Shown piece after piece: positions 18,516 through 28,145 of a stretch of DNA of 64,000 nucleotides. Numbering within the stretch: the first letter of the stretch is position 1; the number at the start of each line of letters is the position of its first letter. The DNA lies in IMG/VR virus record IMGVR_UViG_3300021400_002728, positions 37,154 to 101,153 of that record. One strand, written 5' to 3'. Source of the DNA: a virus (Duplodnaviria > Heunggongvirae > Uroviricota > Caudoviricetes). A program made the position numbers and the translations under genes. Under the pieces are notes generated by a model, which saw only the letters and a list, made by a program, of their open reading frames with translations, ran no database searches and was not told the origin of the DNA.

Positions 18516-19554
18516 ATACCTTTAGAGGAATTTTGCTCATCCAAATAGTATTGTCATTCATAAGTGCTCTATACTTCTTAGCATCGTCTGAAGTGAAATA
18601 ACCTTCATCAGTGTATTCATATTCACGATTACGATTATCTCTCATAAAACTCTTATAAAAACGATCAATTTGTTCTGCGAGTTTTTCCTCGTTTTCTTTT
18701 GAATAATCAAGTTGCAAATACTTCTTAGAAGCCGAATTTCCAGGACAAATGAGATAACCTTTATTGATAGTAGTATTAAGCTCATTTTCCATAGCCCACT
18801 TATACAAAATCATTGATCCAAGGTAACCATCAAATGTTACAGCTTCTTCAGTAGGATGACCTGTCTTATAGTCAAGAATGATAACATCATCTCCTCTATA
18901 ATCTACACGGTCAGCAACATATGATACTGCACAAGGAACGGTATAACCAATAGATTTAGCATAAAGATTTTCAGCTCTTCCTCTATGCTCAGTTACACAC
19001 TTAAGAGTTTTCTCATCAAGTTCTGATCTTGGATGAAGATAATCCTTAATGTCATAATAACCAGTAATATATTCATCAAGTTTAGTTTTGTCCATATCAG
19101 GATTTGATTCTAATACAGTCTTTTCAAGTTCCCAGAGTTTATCTCTATTTCTCTCTTCACCGGGAAGAAGATAATAATCTTCAAGAACTTTATGAAATGC
19201 TGTACCAATTGCAGTAGCATCATTTGCGCCTTCTTCAAAGAAATTCTGCATAAGACTAAGTGCAGGATTGCTTCTATAACCTTTCATAAATGAAGGTGAA
19301 AAATAATCTCCACTATATCGATTCAACAAGGACTGCAGGTTAGACCCGTAGCCCTTGTAAATAGCGAGATTGCGTGTTTTATGTTTATTATTATATGCCT
19401 TGATTATTTTTGCAACGGCTTCCTCAACATCTGCAAAAAGTGCTTTAGCATCCATAGTGCTATTATCAATCTTGGCAATGTAAGTGACTAAATAGTCCTT
19501 ACCATTTTCAGTAATGATTTCCATGTCAATCTCCTTAATACCTATCGAAAGCAA
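18484..19554 (-). CDS. PD-(D/E)XK nuclease, Cas4/RecB-like exonuclease family
   Basis: VIILDYKTGHPTEE (D-Y-K-T-G motif typical of RecB-family nuclease core). Confidence 0.55.
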   Translation of the reverse strand: MLSIGIKEIDMEIITENGKDYLVTYIAKIDNSTMDAKALFADVEEAVAKIIKAYNNKHKTRNLAIYKGYGSNLQSLLNRYSGDYFSPSFMKGYRSNPALSLMQNFFEEGANDATAIGTAFHKVLEDYYLLPGEERNRDKLWELEKTVLESNPDMDKTKLDEYITGYYDIKDYLHPRSELDEKTLKCVTEHRGRAENLYAKSIGYTVPCAVSYVADRVDYRGDDVIILDYKTGHPTEEAVTFDGYLGSMILYKWAMENELNTTINKGYLICPGNSASKKYLQLDYSKENEEKLAEQIDRFYKSFMRDNRNREYEYTDEGYFTSDDAKKYRALMNDNTIWMSKIPLKVYVGEHDESCL

Positions 19555-20506
19555 TTCTAGTTTTCATACTATTTGCTTCGAATGAGTCTGCCAAAAGCAA
19601 CTTTGTGAATGTAGTAGTGCTAGGCTTATAGATAAATGCACCAAGTAAATCAGGCTGTCTAAGGAATGATGTCTGAAGTGCAGAGAACTGTCCATCTCTC
19701 CATCTAGAAAGAAGTGCAATTTCATAAAATCTAGATTCAACACCTACATTTCCAATATTATCAATAATTTCCTGTATTTTTTCCTTAGCTGTTAAAATAT
19801 CCTTAACATCAGGAATCTTCTGCTCAAGTGTAACATTAACCTTTTCTGCAGTACCCTTATTCATAGAGTCAAGTGATGCTTGAGTGGCGTGCTCAGTAAT
19901 CATAAGTGTTGAATAAATACCAATATTCTTAGGTGTAAATTCAGTATCGTATGATCTTCTGTACATACCCGCACACTTCTTACAGAAATGTCTAATACCA
20001 TGATTACATGAGAGGAATGTTCTTACGTGGATCTTTCCTCTCTTAGGAATATCCTTATAATCCTCAACGTATTTACCAAGTTCCATTACCCAGTGATTGC
20101 GAACCTTGTAATTGAAAGTATCTTCATCAATAGGTAACTTCATTTCAGTTCCTTCACTTCCACAATCATCAATCTCAATAGTCATATCATCACATGAACT
20201 AATGAGTTTCTTGTAGAAGTAACCTGATTCTGTAATATCAGTTATATTAGCTGCAATAACTGACTGCATGAATTTCTTTGATTCCTGTTCAGAATAGTTA
20301 TTGTTACGTCTTGCAACTGACTTCTTAATATCATCAGTATTCTTTGTAAAAGAAGTGATCTTTTCGATCTTATCCATTGCTTTCTGATCATTATCAATAA
20401 ACGCAGAAGCAAAGTCACTAACTGTAGGTACCACACAGTGTTCAAACATTGCTGAACCTAATTTGTGATACTTTTCAACGTACTCTTTTCTTGTTAATGT
20501 CTCCAT
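19535..20506 (-). CDS. Multisubunit RNA polymerase beta-prime, C-terminal fragment (bridge-helix region)
   Basis: STLMITEHATQASLDSMNKGTAEK aligns with beta-prime bridge helix [22 protein letters not shown]; immediately downstream of beta-prime N fragment. Confidence 0.6.
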   Translation of the reverse strand: METLTRKEYVEKYHKLGSAMFEHCVVPTVSDFASAFIDNDQKAMDKIEKITSFTKNTDDIKKSVARRNNNYSEQESKKFMQSVIAANITDITESGYFYKKLISSCDDMTIEIDDCGSEGTEMKLPIDEDTFNYKVRNHWVMELGKYVEDYKDIPKRGKIHVRTFLSCNHGIRHFCKKCAGMYRRSYDTEFTPKNIGIYSTLMITEHATQASLDSMNKGTAEKVNVTLEQKIPDVKDILTAKEKIQEIIDNIGNVGVESRFYEIALLSRWRDGQFSALQTSFLRQPDLLGAFIYKPSTTTFTKLLLADSFEANSMKTRIAFDRY

Positions 20507-20931
20507 TATTTCTTCTCCTCAAGAATAATATTTGTTCCATCGTCATACTGTAAAGTTAACGTTGTGTCTTCAATTAACATATTTACATGAGTTTCGGTCT
20601 TAACTCCAGTAGTAGTATCTTCATCAGTGAAGGTAGCACTAAAGTTATTCTCTATATCATCTTTAATTTCTTCATATGTTCCAGACTGAACAACTCGATC
20701 TTCACCAGCATCTACAGCAACATCAACTTTATTGTTACTGTAGATTTCAACTGCGACAGTAAACTGCCCATAGTCTTTGGTGTAGATTTTACTAGTTGGT
20801 TTGGTGAGAAGGATGATAGTGAGAACAATAAGACCTACAATCATAACACCAAAGAAAATTAATGAAGGTGTGTCAATACTACCATTCTTTTTCTTCTTAG
20901 GCTTTGGTTTAGTCTCTTTTTTCTCTTCCAT
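20506..20931 (-). CDS. Hypothetical single-pass membrane protein inside the RNAP operon
   Basis: Lys-rich N-terminus then TM helix LIFFGVMIVGLIVLTIILL; acidic C-terminal domain. Confidence 0.5.
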   Translation of the reverse strand: MEEKKETKPKPKKKKNGSIDTPSLIFFGVMIVGLIVLTIILLTKPTSKIYTKDYGQFTVAVEIYSNNKVDVAVDAGEDRVVQSGTYEEIKDDIENNFSATFTDEDTTTGVKTETHVNMLIEDTTLTLQYDDGTNIILEEKK

Positions 20932-20937
20932 TTTTTT

Positions 20938-22173
20938 TTACACCTCTTCACCAATCAATGTTGCAACATATTCGAATTCTTCGAGAATACCATTTCTGAT
21001 ACTAGAGTTAGAACCTTCGATGTAGTTATTACTTGCAAGAAGTTTCTTAGCTTCCTCACAGGCTTCTTTAGAGTAAAGAGCAATAACATTAAGTGAGTCA
21101 CCATCAACGTCGGCAGCAAGTCCATCATATACAATAGGGTTTGCCTGAATAACAAACTGCTCCTGTTCTAACTTAGAAAATACAGGTTTCATAGCGATAA
21201 TTGACTTAGCACCAATGGTAGGCTGACGGTTAAACAATACTAAGTAATCTTCATCAGCTAATTCCTGATTGATTCCATCAATATCAGTATACCCATTCTC
21301 ATCTGTATACTTAGCAAACAGACGAGGATAAAGTGTAGGAATGAAGTAATATCCAATCTTAAGAGTATCTTCGTCAAGACTAAAGTTATTAGTCATAACC
21401 GCACGGATCATTCCAGTTTCAGACTGACCCTTAAGTTCGGCATCAATAATATTACGCTTATTCTTTGCAAGGATCTGGAATAACTCATGATAGAGTTTAT
21501 CAAGCTCTCTACAAACAATGAAACGAAGATTGATCTCATTGAAGATAGTAAGCTTACTATTCTTCTGAAGAGATTCATATCTATTGTTCTGACGAAGCAT
21601 ATTGATGTAGATAGTATTCAGATTACCGATAAAATATTTATCACCCTGGAAAGTAATCTGTCTGAATGAAGTATGAGGAATACTGATATTTCTGTGTACA
21701 TTCTCATTGTACCAAGATTCAGAAACTCCGATACTCATCAATGCGTCCTTACCAATCAGAATCTTCTTCTCATCATACTTAGAGAAGTCTGCCTTAAGGT
21801 CGAATTCTACGTATTCACCTTCATAAAGGAAACCTCTACTATTGAGAAGATTATCGATCATGGTCTTATCATAAGCACCATAGTTGATAACTCTGTTAGG
21901 AAGGTCGAAGTTAAACTTTATATAGAAGTTTGGAATGTTTCTCTTGTTGAGAACTCTGCAGTTACACTTAGGACAAATTCCAGGTTTTGTCTGCTCACCG
22001 CAATAACATTTACCAAACTTACCAAAAATCTTTTCAGAGAAAATTCCATCTTCATGAAAGAGGTAACGATCACCATCCTTAATCTTTCTAGCCTGAAAAA
22101 GCTTTTCAGACGTTACCTGATTCATAGGATTCTCTGTAATATGTACTGGTCTAATCGTCGCTTTCATCGGCAT
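20938..22173 (-). CDS. Multisubunit RNA polymerase beta-prime, N-terminal fragment (zinc finger + catalytic NADFDGD-like loop)
   Basis: CYCGEQTKPGICPKCNCRV (cf. [23 protein letters not shown]); LFNRQPTIGAKSIIAMKP (cf. LNRAPTLHRLGIQAFEP); AADVDGDSLNV (cf. NADFDGDQMAV). Confidence 0.85.
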   Translation of the reverse strand: MPMKATIRPVHITENPMNQVTSEKLFQARKIKDGDRYLFHEDGIFSEKIFGKFGKCYCGEQTKPGICPKCNCRVLNKRNIPNFYIKFNFDLPNRVINYGAYDKTMIDNLLNSRGFLYEGEYVEFDLKADFSKYDEKKILIGKDALMSIGVSESWYNENVHRNISIPHTSFRQITFQGDKYFIGNLNTIYINMLRQNNRYESLQKNSKLTIFNEINLRFIVCRELDKLYHELFQILAKNKRNIIDAELKGQSETGMIRAVMTNNFSLDEDTLKIGYYFIPTLYPRLFAKYTDENGYTDIDGINQELADEDYLVLFNRQPTIGAKSIIAMKPVFSKLEQEQFVIQANPIVYDGLAADVDGDSLNVIALYSKEACEEAKKLLASNNYIEGSNSSIRNGILEEFEYVATLIGEEV

Positions 22174-24403
22174 TGTTGTTTTTCTCCTTTTTGATTATAC
22201 TATTGAAGTTTTCCTCATCAAACTGATCATATACTGCCTCATCGGTAGTATCAATATCATCGATCTCATCTTCAAGAGTGAGTACATATCCAATAGACTT
22301 AAGAATTTCAATGAACTGCATTGAAAGCTTAGGATTCTTAGGAAGAGTACGTGTCTCTTCAATATCAGATACAAGTTTGTGAGAACCTACATACTTGGTA
22401 ATGGATCTAATACCAAGTTCCTTAAGGATAGCAGGACAATCATTAGCTACAAGATTAAGTTTCTCCATCTCACCGAAACGAAGAGTTCTTGTATAACCAT
22501 GATCTGCAGATGAACAACTAATCTTAGTTGATGCGTGGTGATACAATCTCATAATATGATTGATACCAACAGGAATGACGTTCTTGATTCCCTTATACTC
22601 AACAATAGAGTTCTTAGAATAAGTAGCCATCTGTTTCTTATACTTCTCAATCATAATTGAGATGTAGTCTTTATCTTCAAAATCAATTCCTGACGCTCTT
22701 GCCCAAGCTTCGAAGATCTGACCCAATGAACCACGTCTCATAGTTGAGAAACCTGAAATGATAACTTCCAGAGGACCTGCTTCCATATTACCAACTTTCT
22801 TTGTAAGTCTAGGCATCTGATCATCAGGAAGAATAAGACCTACAGTACCTTTAGCACCATGAAGATTGGTAATCTTATCACCAAGTCTAAAAGGAATTTC
22901 CCAATTAATAAATACACGAACATTGTTTACGTCAACATCATCAATCTTAGAAATTCTGACGTTCTCATAACCAAGTAATATTGCGAAGTTCTTAGTAGGG
23001 AATACGATCTGAAGTGTATCAGTATCAATCTCATTAGTAGTATCATAGATTTCCTTAAGTGCGAGGAATGTCTTAGACTTCTTATTGAGATATAAGATAG
23101 TTGAATCGTATGTTCTAAGTCTCTTTGCAAAAGATTCAGAAATAACGATTGAGTCTGCAGAAGTATAACCTTCAAGATCAGTAAAACCAACTCTGGCCTC
23201 AATACGATGAGTAATATCGTCAATTTCATCTGCAAGAGGCACTGCCTGTGACGTCATTTTCGCGTTCATCATGATTCTCTTAGGCTTATCATTATTACAG
23301 AAAGGAGATTCAGACAAACATGAAAGACGTTTTGCCTGAGGCATATCAACGTACTCATACATGTTATGCATTTCACCTTTATCATCGATAACCCAAAGTA
23401 ATCCGTCCTTAACGACTACATTATCAAGCAACAGTCTCTGACGACCTGCAGCTTTAGATGTAACAGTCTTGAACGAATCAAAGAATCCGTTTGTATCTTT
23501 GTATGTGAATGCTGGCTGGAAAGATCCGCCGCTGTTATAGATGTTTGCGCAAGTTCTGAAGTTTTCGAGTGCGAAAATCTTACTTTCAGAACGAACAAGA
23601 CAGCCTTCAAGATGTTCGCCAAGATCATTGTATCTCTTACTCTTACTTACAATGATTGTGTTTACACCTAAGAGAATTCCCTTAGTAGGCTGTGCGTATT
23701 TTCCAGACTTAAGAACTGCATCTTCGAAGTATTCAAGTCTAGAAAACTTGTAATTAAAAATACTATCTGAGTCGAACATAGGAAGCTTACGAAGTGCCTT
23801 AACAAAGTTTTCCTGAGTTAAAGGCTCGCCTAAAGAGGTCTCAAGTAACATTCTTGATCTAGGCTTAAGATGATTCGTAAAGATTTCTTCGATGGTAGGT
23901 TCAAATTTGAACTCTTCTTTAGTAACTACACATTCGAATTTGTCTTTAGTAATATCATACTTCCAACCTTCACCTCTAACAGTTTCATAATCGACCTTAC
24001 CTACACAATTGTAATAGTCTTTAACTGCAGTAACACGAGTCACATAATGTGATCTGTTAATAATCCAGCAAAGATCAATGGAAGGCGTAGGCATTGCTCC
24101 GATAAGGAGTGTCTTACCGCTGTAATCTCCATAAATATCAATACACATATTATGGAAATTCAACTTCAGCTTATAACTATTAGGTGTCTGTTTGTCGGCT
24201 TCTGCATTAAGAAACCCTAAATTGAGATTTTGTGCCAGCTTACATGGCTCTTTGGTGTTCCAGAAGCGTTCGCAGTCTTTATCGATTCCAGCTTGAATCT
24301 TTGCGAAATCATCTTCCTCATTGATTGGACTCACACCAAGAAACTTTTGATTTGCCTGCGTCCAATATGCAAGCTCATTCTTGTACAATTCCTGGATAGT
24401 CAT
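22151..24403 (-). CDS. Multisubunit RNA polymerase beta subunit, compact (750 aa)
   Basis: WIINRSHYVTRV (cf. FVINGTERVIV); NNDKPKRIMMNAKMTSQAVPL (cf. HNDANRALMGANMQRQAVP); LHGAKGTV (GRHGNKGV); MRRGSLGQIFE (SRMNIGQILE); RFGEMEKLNLVA (RFGEMEVWALEA). Confidence 0.9.
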   Translation of the reverse strand: MTIQELYKNELAYWTQANQKFLGVSPINEEDDFAKIQAGIDKDCERFWNTKEPCKLAQNLNLGFLNAEADKQTPNSYKLKLNFHNMCIDIYGDYSGKTLLIGAMPTPSIDLCWIINRSHYVTRVTAVKDYYNCVGKVDYETVRGEGWKYDITKDKFECVVTKEEFKFEPTIEEIFTNHLKPRSRMLLETSLGEPLTQENFVKALRKLPMFDSDSIFNYKFSRLEYFEDAVLKSGKYAQPTKGILLGVNTIIVSKSKRYNDLGEHLEGCLVRSESKIFALENFRTCANIYNSGGSFQPAFTYKDTNGFFDSFKTVTSKAAGRQRLLLDNVVVKDGLLWVIDDKGEMHNMYEYVDMPQAKRLSCLSESPFCNNDKPKRIMMNAKMTSQAVPLADEIDDITHRIEARVGFTDLEGYTSADSIVISESFAKRLRTYDSTILYLNKKSKTFLALKEIYDTTNEIDTDTLQIVFPTKNFAILLGYENVRISKIDDVDVNNVRVFINWEIPFRLGDKITNLHGAKGTVGLILPDDQMPRLTKKVGNMEAGPLEVIISGFSTMRRGSLGQIFEAWARASGIDFEDKDYISIMIEKYKKQMATYSKNSIVEYKGIKNVIPVGINHIMRLYHHASTKISCSSADHGYTRTLRFGEMEKLNLVANDCPAILKELGIRSITKYVGSHKLVSDIEETRTLPKNPKLSMQFIEILKSIGYVLTLEDEIDDIDTTDEAVYDQFDEENFNSIIKKEKNNNADESDD

Positions 24404-24494
24404 TCGCTCTGTCCTTTCATATTTGATTTTGGAATGTATATTAAAATACGGATAGTGGTGTCTCTTATAATTATATCTTACGATTTAATTTGAA

Positions 24495-25046
24495 TTACTT
24501 CTGTTCTGTTGCAGCTGCACGATCAGCCTCGCACTGGCGAACAATCGCATTCACCATATGAGCGAGATATGCATTAACTGCATCATGAGTAAAGATCATA
24601 AGTGAGCGGAACTTATCGATCGTCATACTAACGCCGATCTTAAGATCAGGGGAACCATCAGGTGCAATAGCACCGGTTTCAGTAATCTTACCTTTTCCGC
24701 GAGACATATTGATGAAGATCTTGTCCCCAGATTTGCCCAATGACAGAATTCTAGATTCAGGCTTTCCGTCATAGTTTTTGGAATTTTTTGAGCCACCCAT
24801 AGAGACAGTCTTCTGGCCAGCATCCAACTCTTTAATAAGACGTCCACTAGCCGCGTCAGTTGCAAGCAGCGCAACTTCCTCAAAGTCGAGATAACAGTCA
24901 ATAGACGTCTTATCCGCATAATTTGCATTCTGGAATCTTACCTTTTCAATTCCGAATGCGTCATAATATACGTTTGTAACTACCTTGTTGGTACTAGCCT
25001 TGGTGATTTTAGATTTTTCAAAATTATCTTTTCTATTAATTGACAT
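24495..25046 (-). CDS. Hypothetical protein, noticeably GC-richer than surroundings (start moved to MSINRKDNF; AAGGAG-6nt-ATG)
   Basis: ORF track; local GC elevation; Lys/Gly-rich middle region. Confidence 0.5.
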   Translation of the reverse strand: MSINRKDNFEKSKITKASTNKVVTNVYYDAFGIEKVRFQNANYADKTSIDCYLDFEEVALLATDAASGRLIKELDAGQKTVSMGGSKNSKNYDGKPESRILSLGKSGDKIFINMSRGKGKITETGAIAPDGSPDLKIGVSMTIDKFRSLMIFTHDAVNAYLAHMVNAIVRQCEADRAAATEQK

Positions 25047-25085
25047 ATTTTTCTCCTTAATCACCACTATCCGCAATATAATATT

Positions 25086-25121
25086 ATTATATACTGTTAC
25101 TATAAATTTGTAAATAGTTTT
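25086..25121 (-). promoter_or_regulatory. Promoter P-g: AAAACTATTTACA -N17- TATAAT
   Basis: Family member; only recognisable promoter upstream of the RNAP operon. Confidence 0.6.
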
Positions 25122-25146
25122 ATCACTATTTTATAAGAAAAAGATA

Positions 25147-25184
25147 AAATTTGCTAGGGTTATAAAAATAACTCTAGCAAATTT
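25147..25184 (-). terminator. 11-bp perfect inverted repeat AAATTTGCTAG...CTAGCAAATTT (16-nt loop) with T-runs on both strands; terminator immediately after 25187..26218
   Basis: Seen in sequence; stop codon abuts stem. Confidence 0.55.
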
Positions 25185-25186
25185 TT

Positions 25187-26218
25187 TTATTCATTTACTA
25201 CTGTAAAGTTTGAATTAGGATGAGTATTTAAGTATTCTACAAATGACGATTTCTTATTAAGATGAAGTACTACATTATTACAATCTATAAATAATGTTTC
25301 ATAAGCATTAATTTCATCTTCAGACGTATTGTCAGATATTTCTGCTACTGTAGCTGTAAAGTCTTTATTAGCATAAAAATCAGTAAGTGCGGTACATTCT
25401 CTGCAAAGTTCTTGATTTACTGATTCTACATTATTGATATTGAGACTAATAAGATTAGTACATCTAAAGAATACAATTGAACCAAGTGTCTTACAAGTAT
25501 CAGGAAGTTTAACTTCAGTCATACCTGCTGCAAAAAAAGCAGCATCTCCAATAGTTTCTACCTTAGTCCACTTTAATGCTGTAAGATTTACACATCCTTG
25601 GAAAGCATAATCTTTAATTTCAGTTACATTATTAAAGTCAACTTCTTTAATTGACGTACACCCAGCAAATGCGCCGTTACCAATTGTAGTAACTGTATCA
25701 GGAATTGTAATAACGCCTTTAGTACTACCAAATGTAGTAAGATATGTACATCCATTAAACATATTATCAGAAATATCAGTAATAGTATTAGGCCAATTCT
25801 TAATCTCTTCTACTCTAGAATTTGCAAATGATACGTTCTCAAGTTCTACATCAAGATTCATAAAATATACTGTATGAAGTAATGAATCTGATGGAATAAA
25901 TATATTTGAGATCTTAGTTACGTGTTCAGGGAAGATAAGATCCATTGTCTTACGACCACTTTCAGATAATCCAATGATCTCTGTCTTATTTTCATTCTTA
26001 TAAATGAAATCACCATCTTCTACAGGAATATCTGATATTTCGCTTTGTTCAACTTCTGAATCTGTTTCTACAGTAGTAGTTTCAGTTGGAGTATCAATAA
26101 TTTGCTTAGTATTTTTATTATTAAATACTATTACTGCTACAACTACAATGATACAAATTACAGCAATACTAATTGCTACTAATACTTTCTTTTGTTTGAG
26201 TATTTCTGTCAGCTTCAT
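25187..26218 (-). CDS. Membrane-anchored leucine-rich-repeat protein (BspA/LRR_5-type repeats)
   Basis: N-terminal TM anchor; repeats like ITIPDTVTTIGNGAFAGCTSIKEVDF / VTEIKDYAFQGCVNLTAL / VETIGDAAFFAAGMTEV. Confidence 0.6.
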   Translation of the reverse strand: MKLTEILKQKKVLVAISIAVICIIVVVAVIVFNNKNTKQIIDTPTETTTVETDSEVEQSEISDIPVEDGDFIYKNENKTEIIGLSESGRKTMDLIFPEHVTKISNIFIPSDSLLHTVYFMNLDVELENVSFANSRVEEIKNWPNTITDISDNMFNGCTYLTTFGSTKGVITIPDTVTTIGNGAFAGCTSIKEVDFNNVTEIKDYAFQGCVNLTALKWTKVETIGDAAFFAAGMTEVKLPDTCKTLGSIVFFRCTNLISLNINNVESVNQELCRECTALTDFYANKDFTATVAEISDNTSEDEINAYETLFIDCNNVVLHLNKKSSFVEYLNTHPNSNFTVVNE

Positions 26219-26240
26219 TTTAATAATTTCCTTTCTTTAT

Positions 26241-27254
26241 TTAGACACCAAACTTACGTTTAATGCTATCTACATCAAATGAAATATTTCTCTCTTTCTT
26301 AATTTGAGCCTTAGCTATTTCTGTAAGCATCTTAAGTGAAAGAGTATTATCTTTTCCTTCTATCCATTTATATAAGATTTGTTTTAGATCACTTATATGA
26401 ATGAGTTTTGTATGACATGAATACCATTCATCATCTCTTATAATTTCTACTGGAATATCACCTACAATACATACATATCCATCAATAGATTCTAGTGGAA
26501 TACCTGCATTAGCCATTACTTTACTCCAAATATGAGTAGATGGATGAACTTCAATAATTTCTTTACCTTTATCTGCGTCCATTACTACTCCATTAGAAAT
26601 CATTAATGTTTGACCATTTTTAACTTTAAGATTTTTAGCATCTACTACTAGAAGATGATTACCATATACTAATAATGTATCAGTATCAGGAATATAATCT
26701 TTTTCAGGTTTTACTTGTGGTTCATCAACACTTAAAGCATATTCTCTAATGACTTCACTAGGAGACATAATCTCAATGGTTAATTCATTTCCAAAATAAT
26801 CATCTGGGTTAACGTGAATTTTCATTCCGTTTGTATAGTAAAGGATTACCTCGTCACCAACCTTTTCAGCTTTACTAAAGTTGGCATTTGCTAATGAATT
26901 AACAAAACTAGCTTGACTAGTATCTTCAAACTTATATGCAAGACTAGCGAAAGCCACTAAACCATTAAGTTTGTCGTCATGTTTAATTAGTCGAGCTAAA
27001 TATTCACAGAGTTTTTCTTCACCTTCAATTCCAGCTTTAGTTTTAGAAATTTGAGCTTCAAGTTCAGGATCTTTCATCTCCCAATCTGTTTTACCAAATT
27101 CTCTACTATCTCGCTGTTCTTCAAGCTGCGCCAATGTTTGTCTTAAGCCCTCACCAGGATCTCCAATTACTCTATTACCTGCAACTAAATAGTTACGTAC
27201 ATTAATAGCTAATTGTTTATCCTCTTGGCGTATGCCGTTCTGATCTAGCTTCAT
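26241..27254 (-). CDS. Hypothetical protein, possible NERD-like nuclease-related domain
   Basis: GEEKLCEYLARL...GNHLLVVDAKN resembles NERD/PD-(D/E)XK pattern; weak. Confidence 0.35.
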   Translation of the reverse strand: MKLDQNGIRQEDKQLAINVRNYLVAGNRVIGDPGEGLRQTLAQLEEQRDSREFGKTDWEMKDPELEAQISKTKAGIEGEEKLCEYLARLIKHDDKLNGLVAFASLAYKFEDTSQASFVNSLANANFSKAEKVGDEVILYYTNGMKIHVNPDDYFGNELTIEIMSPSEVIREYALSVDEPQVKPEKDYIPDTDTLLVYGNHLLVVDAKNLKVKNGQTLMISNGVVMDADKGKEIIEVHPSTHIWSKVMANAGIPLESIDGYVCIVGDIPVEIIRDDEWYSCHTKLIHISDLKQILYKWIEGKDNTLSLKMLTEIAKAQIKKERNISFDVDSIKRKFGV

Positions 27255-27339
27255 AGTACATCTCCTTATAACTTACAAATAAGAATGTAATTGATCTAAA
27301 CAATCAACTACATCCTTTTGCTTCTATAAACTTATAGAA

Positions 27340-27352
27340 TTAAATAGCTCTT
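27340..27352 (-). promoter_or_regulatory. Conserved element 2 (AAGAGCTATTTAAT) 6 nt after stop of 27359..28132
   Basis: See element-2 family. Confidence 0.3.
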
Positions 27353-27358
27353 CGCTAA

Positions 27359-28132
27359 TTATCTGGATGTAAGTTCATTGAGTTTAAGCTGAAGCTGACT
27401 AATCTGACTAAAGGCAGAATCCATAAGATTAAGCAAATTATTAAGCTGAGAATTAAGCTCATCAAATTCGTCTTTATCTACTAAAACCTTGATATGTGTA
27501 TGGCCTTCAGCGTCAGTCATAACTAATTGAGAATAATTACTACTCTGAGATCTTGCTACAACCGTATTAAGTGGTTTAGGCTCTTCAGAAACCTTAGTAG
27601 GTTTAACTGCCTTAGCTCTTTCAACCTTAGGTTTTGCAACTTTAGGTTTATCTGTAGTAGGTTTCTTTTCATACTCGTACTTAGCAAACTTAGACTTACC
27701 TATTCTAAGAACATCACACATCTTAGCATAAGCATCTTCATTCATTTTACCAGTTTTGACACAGGCACCCACATAATTATAAGTATATCCCATCTTTGTA
27801 CTAAGTGTCTCCATGGACATCCTGATCTCTTTCAGATATGCCCTAAATGGATTCACTCTAAACTTTACTGTAGTATTAGTATTAGCTACCTTTGTACCTG
27901 TATGATACATATTATGTTCATCATCTACAGTAAGAATGGTTTCATCTGTGCCTAACATATTACACATAGTCTTATATGCATCTGCAGCCATTTTACCATT
28001 CTGCATACTAGTAAATAAATAACTGTCTGAATATCCAAGCATTTTAGACATAGCACTCATACTATATCCATTAAGCTCTAGATATTCCTTGACCTTAGTA
28101 GTATCTATATTAACGTACGTATAGGTTTCCAC
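27359..28132 (-). CDS. Putative DNA-binding protein with two tandem HTH-like repeats and C-terminal coiled coil
   Basis: Internal duplication (..YLELNGYSMSAMSKMLGYSDSYL..GKMAADAYKTMCNMLG / ..ETLSTKMGYTYNYVGACVKTGKMNEDAYAKMCDVLR). Confidence 0.4.
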   Translation of the reverse strand: METYTYVNIDTTKVKEYLELNGYSMSAMSKMLGYSDSYLFTSMQNGKMAADAYKTMCNMLGTDETILTVDDEHNMYHTGTKVANTNTTVKFRVNPFRAYLKEIRMSMETLSTKMGYTYNYVGACVKTGKMNEDAYAKMCDVLRIGKSKFAKYEYEKKPTTDKPKVAKPKVERAKAVKPTKVSEEPKPLNTVVARSQSSNYSQLVMTDAEGHTHIKVLVDKDEFDELNSQLNNLLNLMDSAFSQISQLQLKLNELTSR

Positions 28133-28145
28133 TAAGTTTCCCTCC

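Noticed and set aside
21673-22194. 173-aa plus-strand ORF
   Set aside because: Antisense to the RNAP beta-prime N fragment, whose conserved motifs settle the coding frame.
24404-24494. Possible promoter directly upstream of the RNAP beta gene
   Set aside because: Contains a TATAAT but no acceptable -35 at 16-18 bp and no family upstream element; transcription more likely from P-g further upstream.
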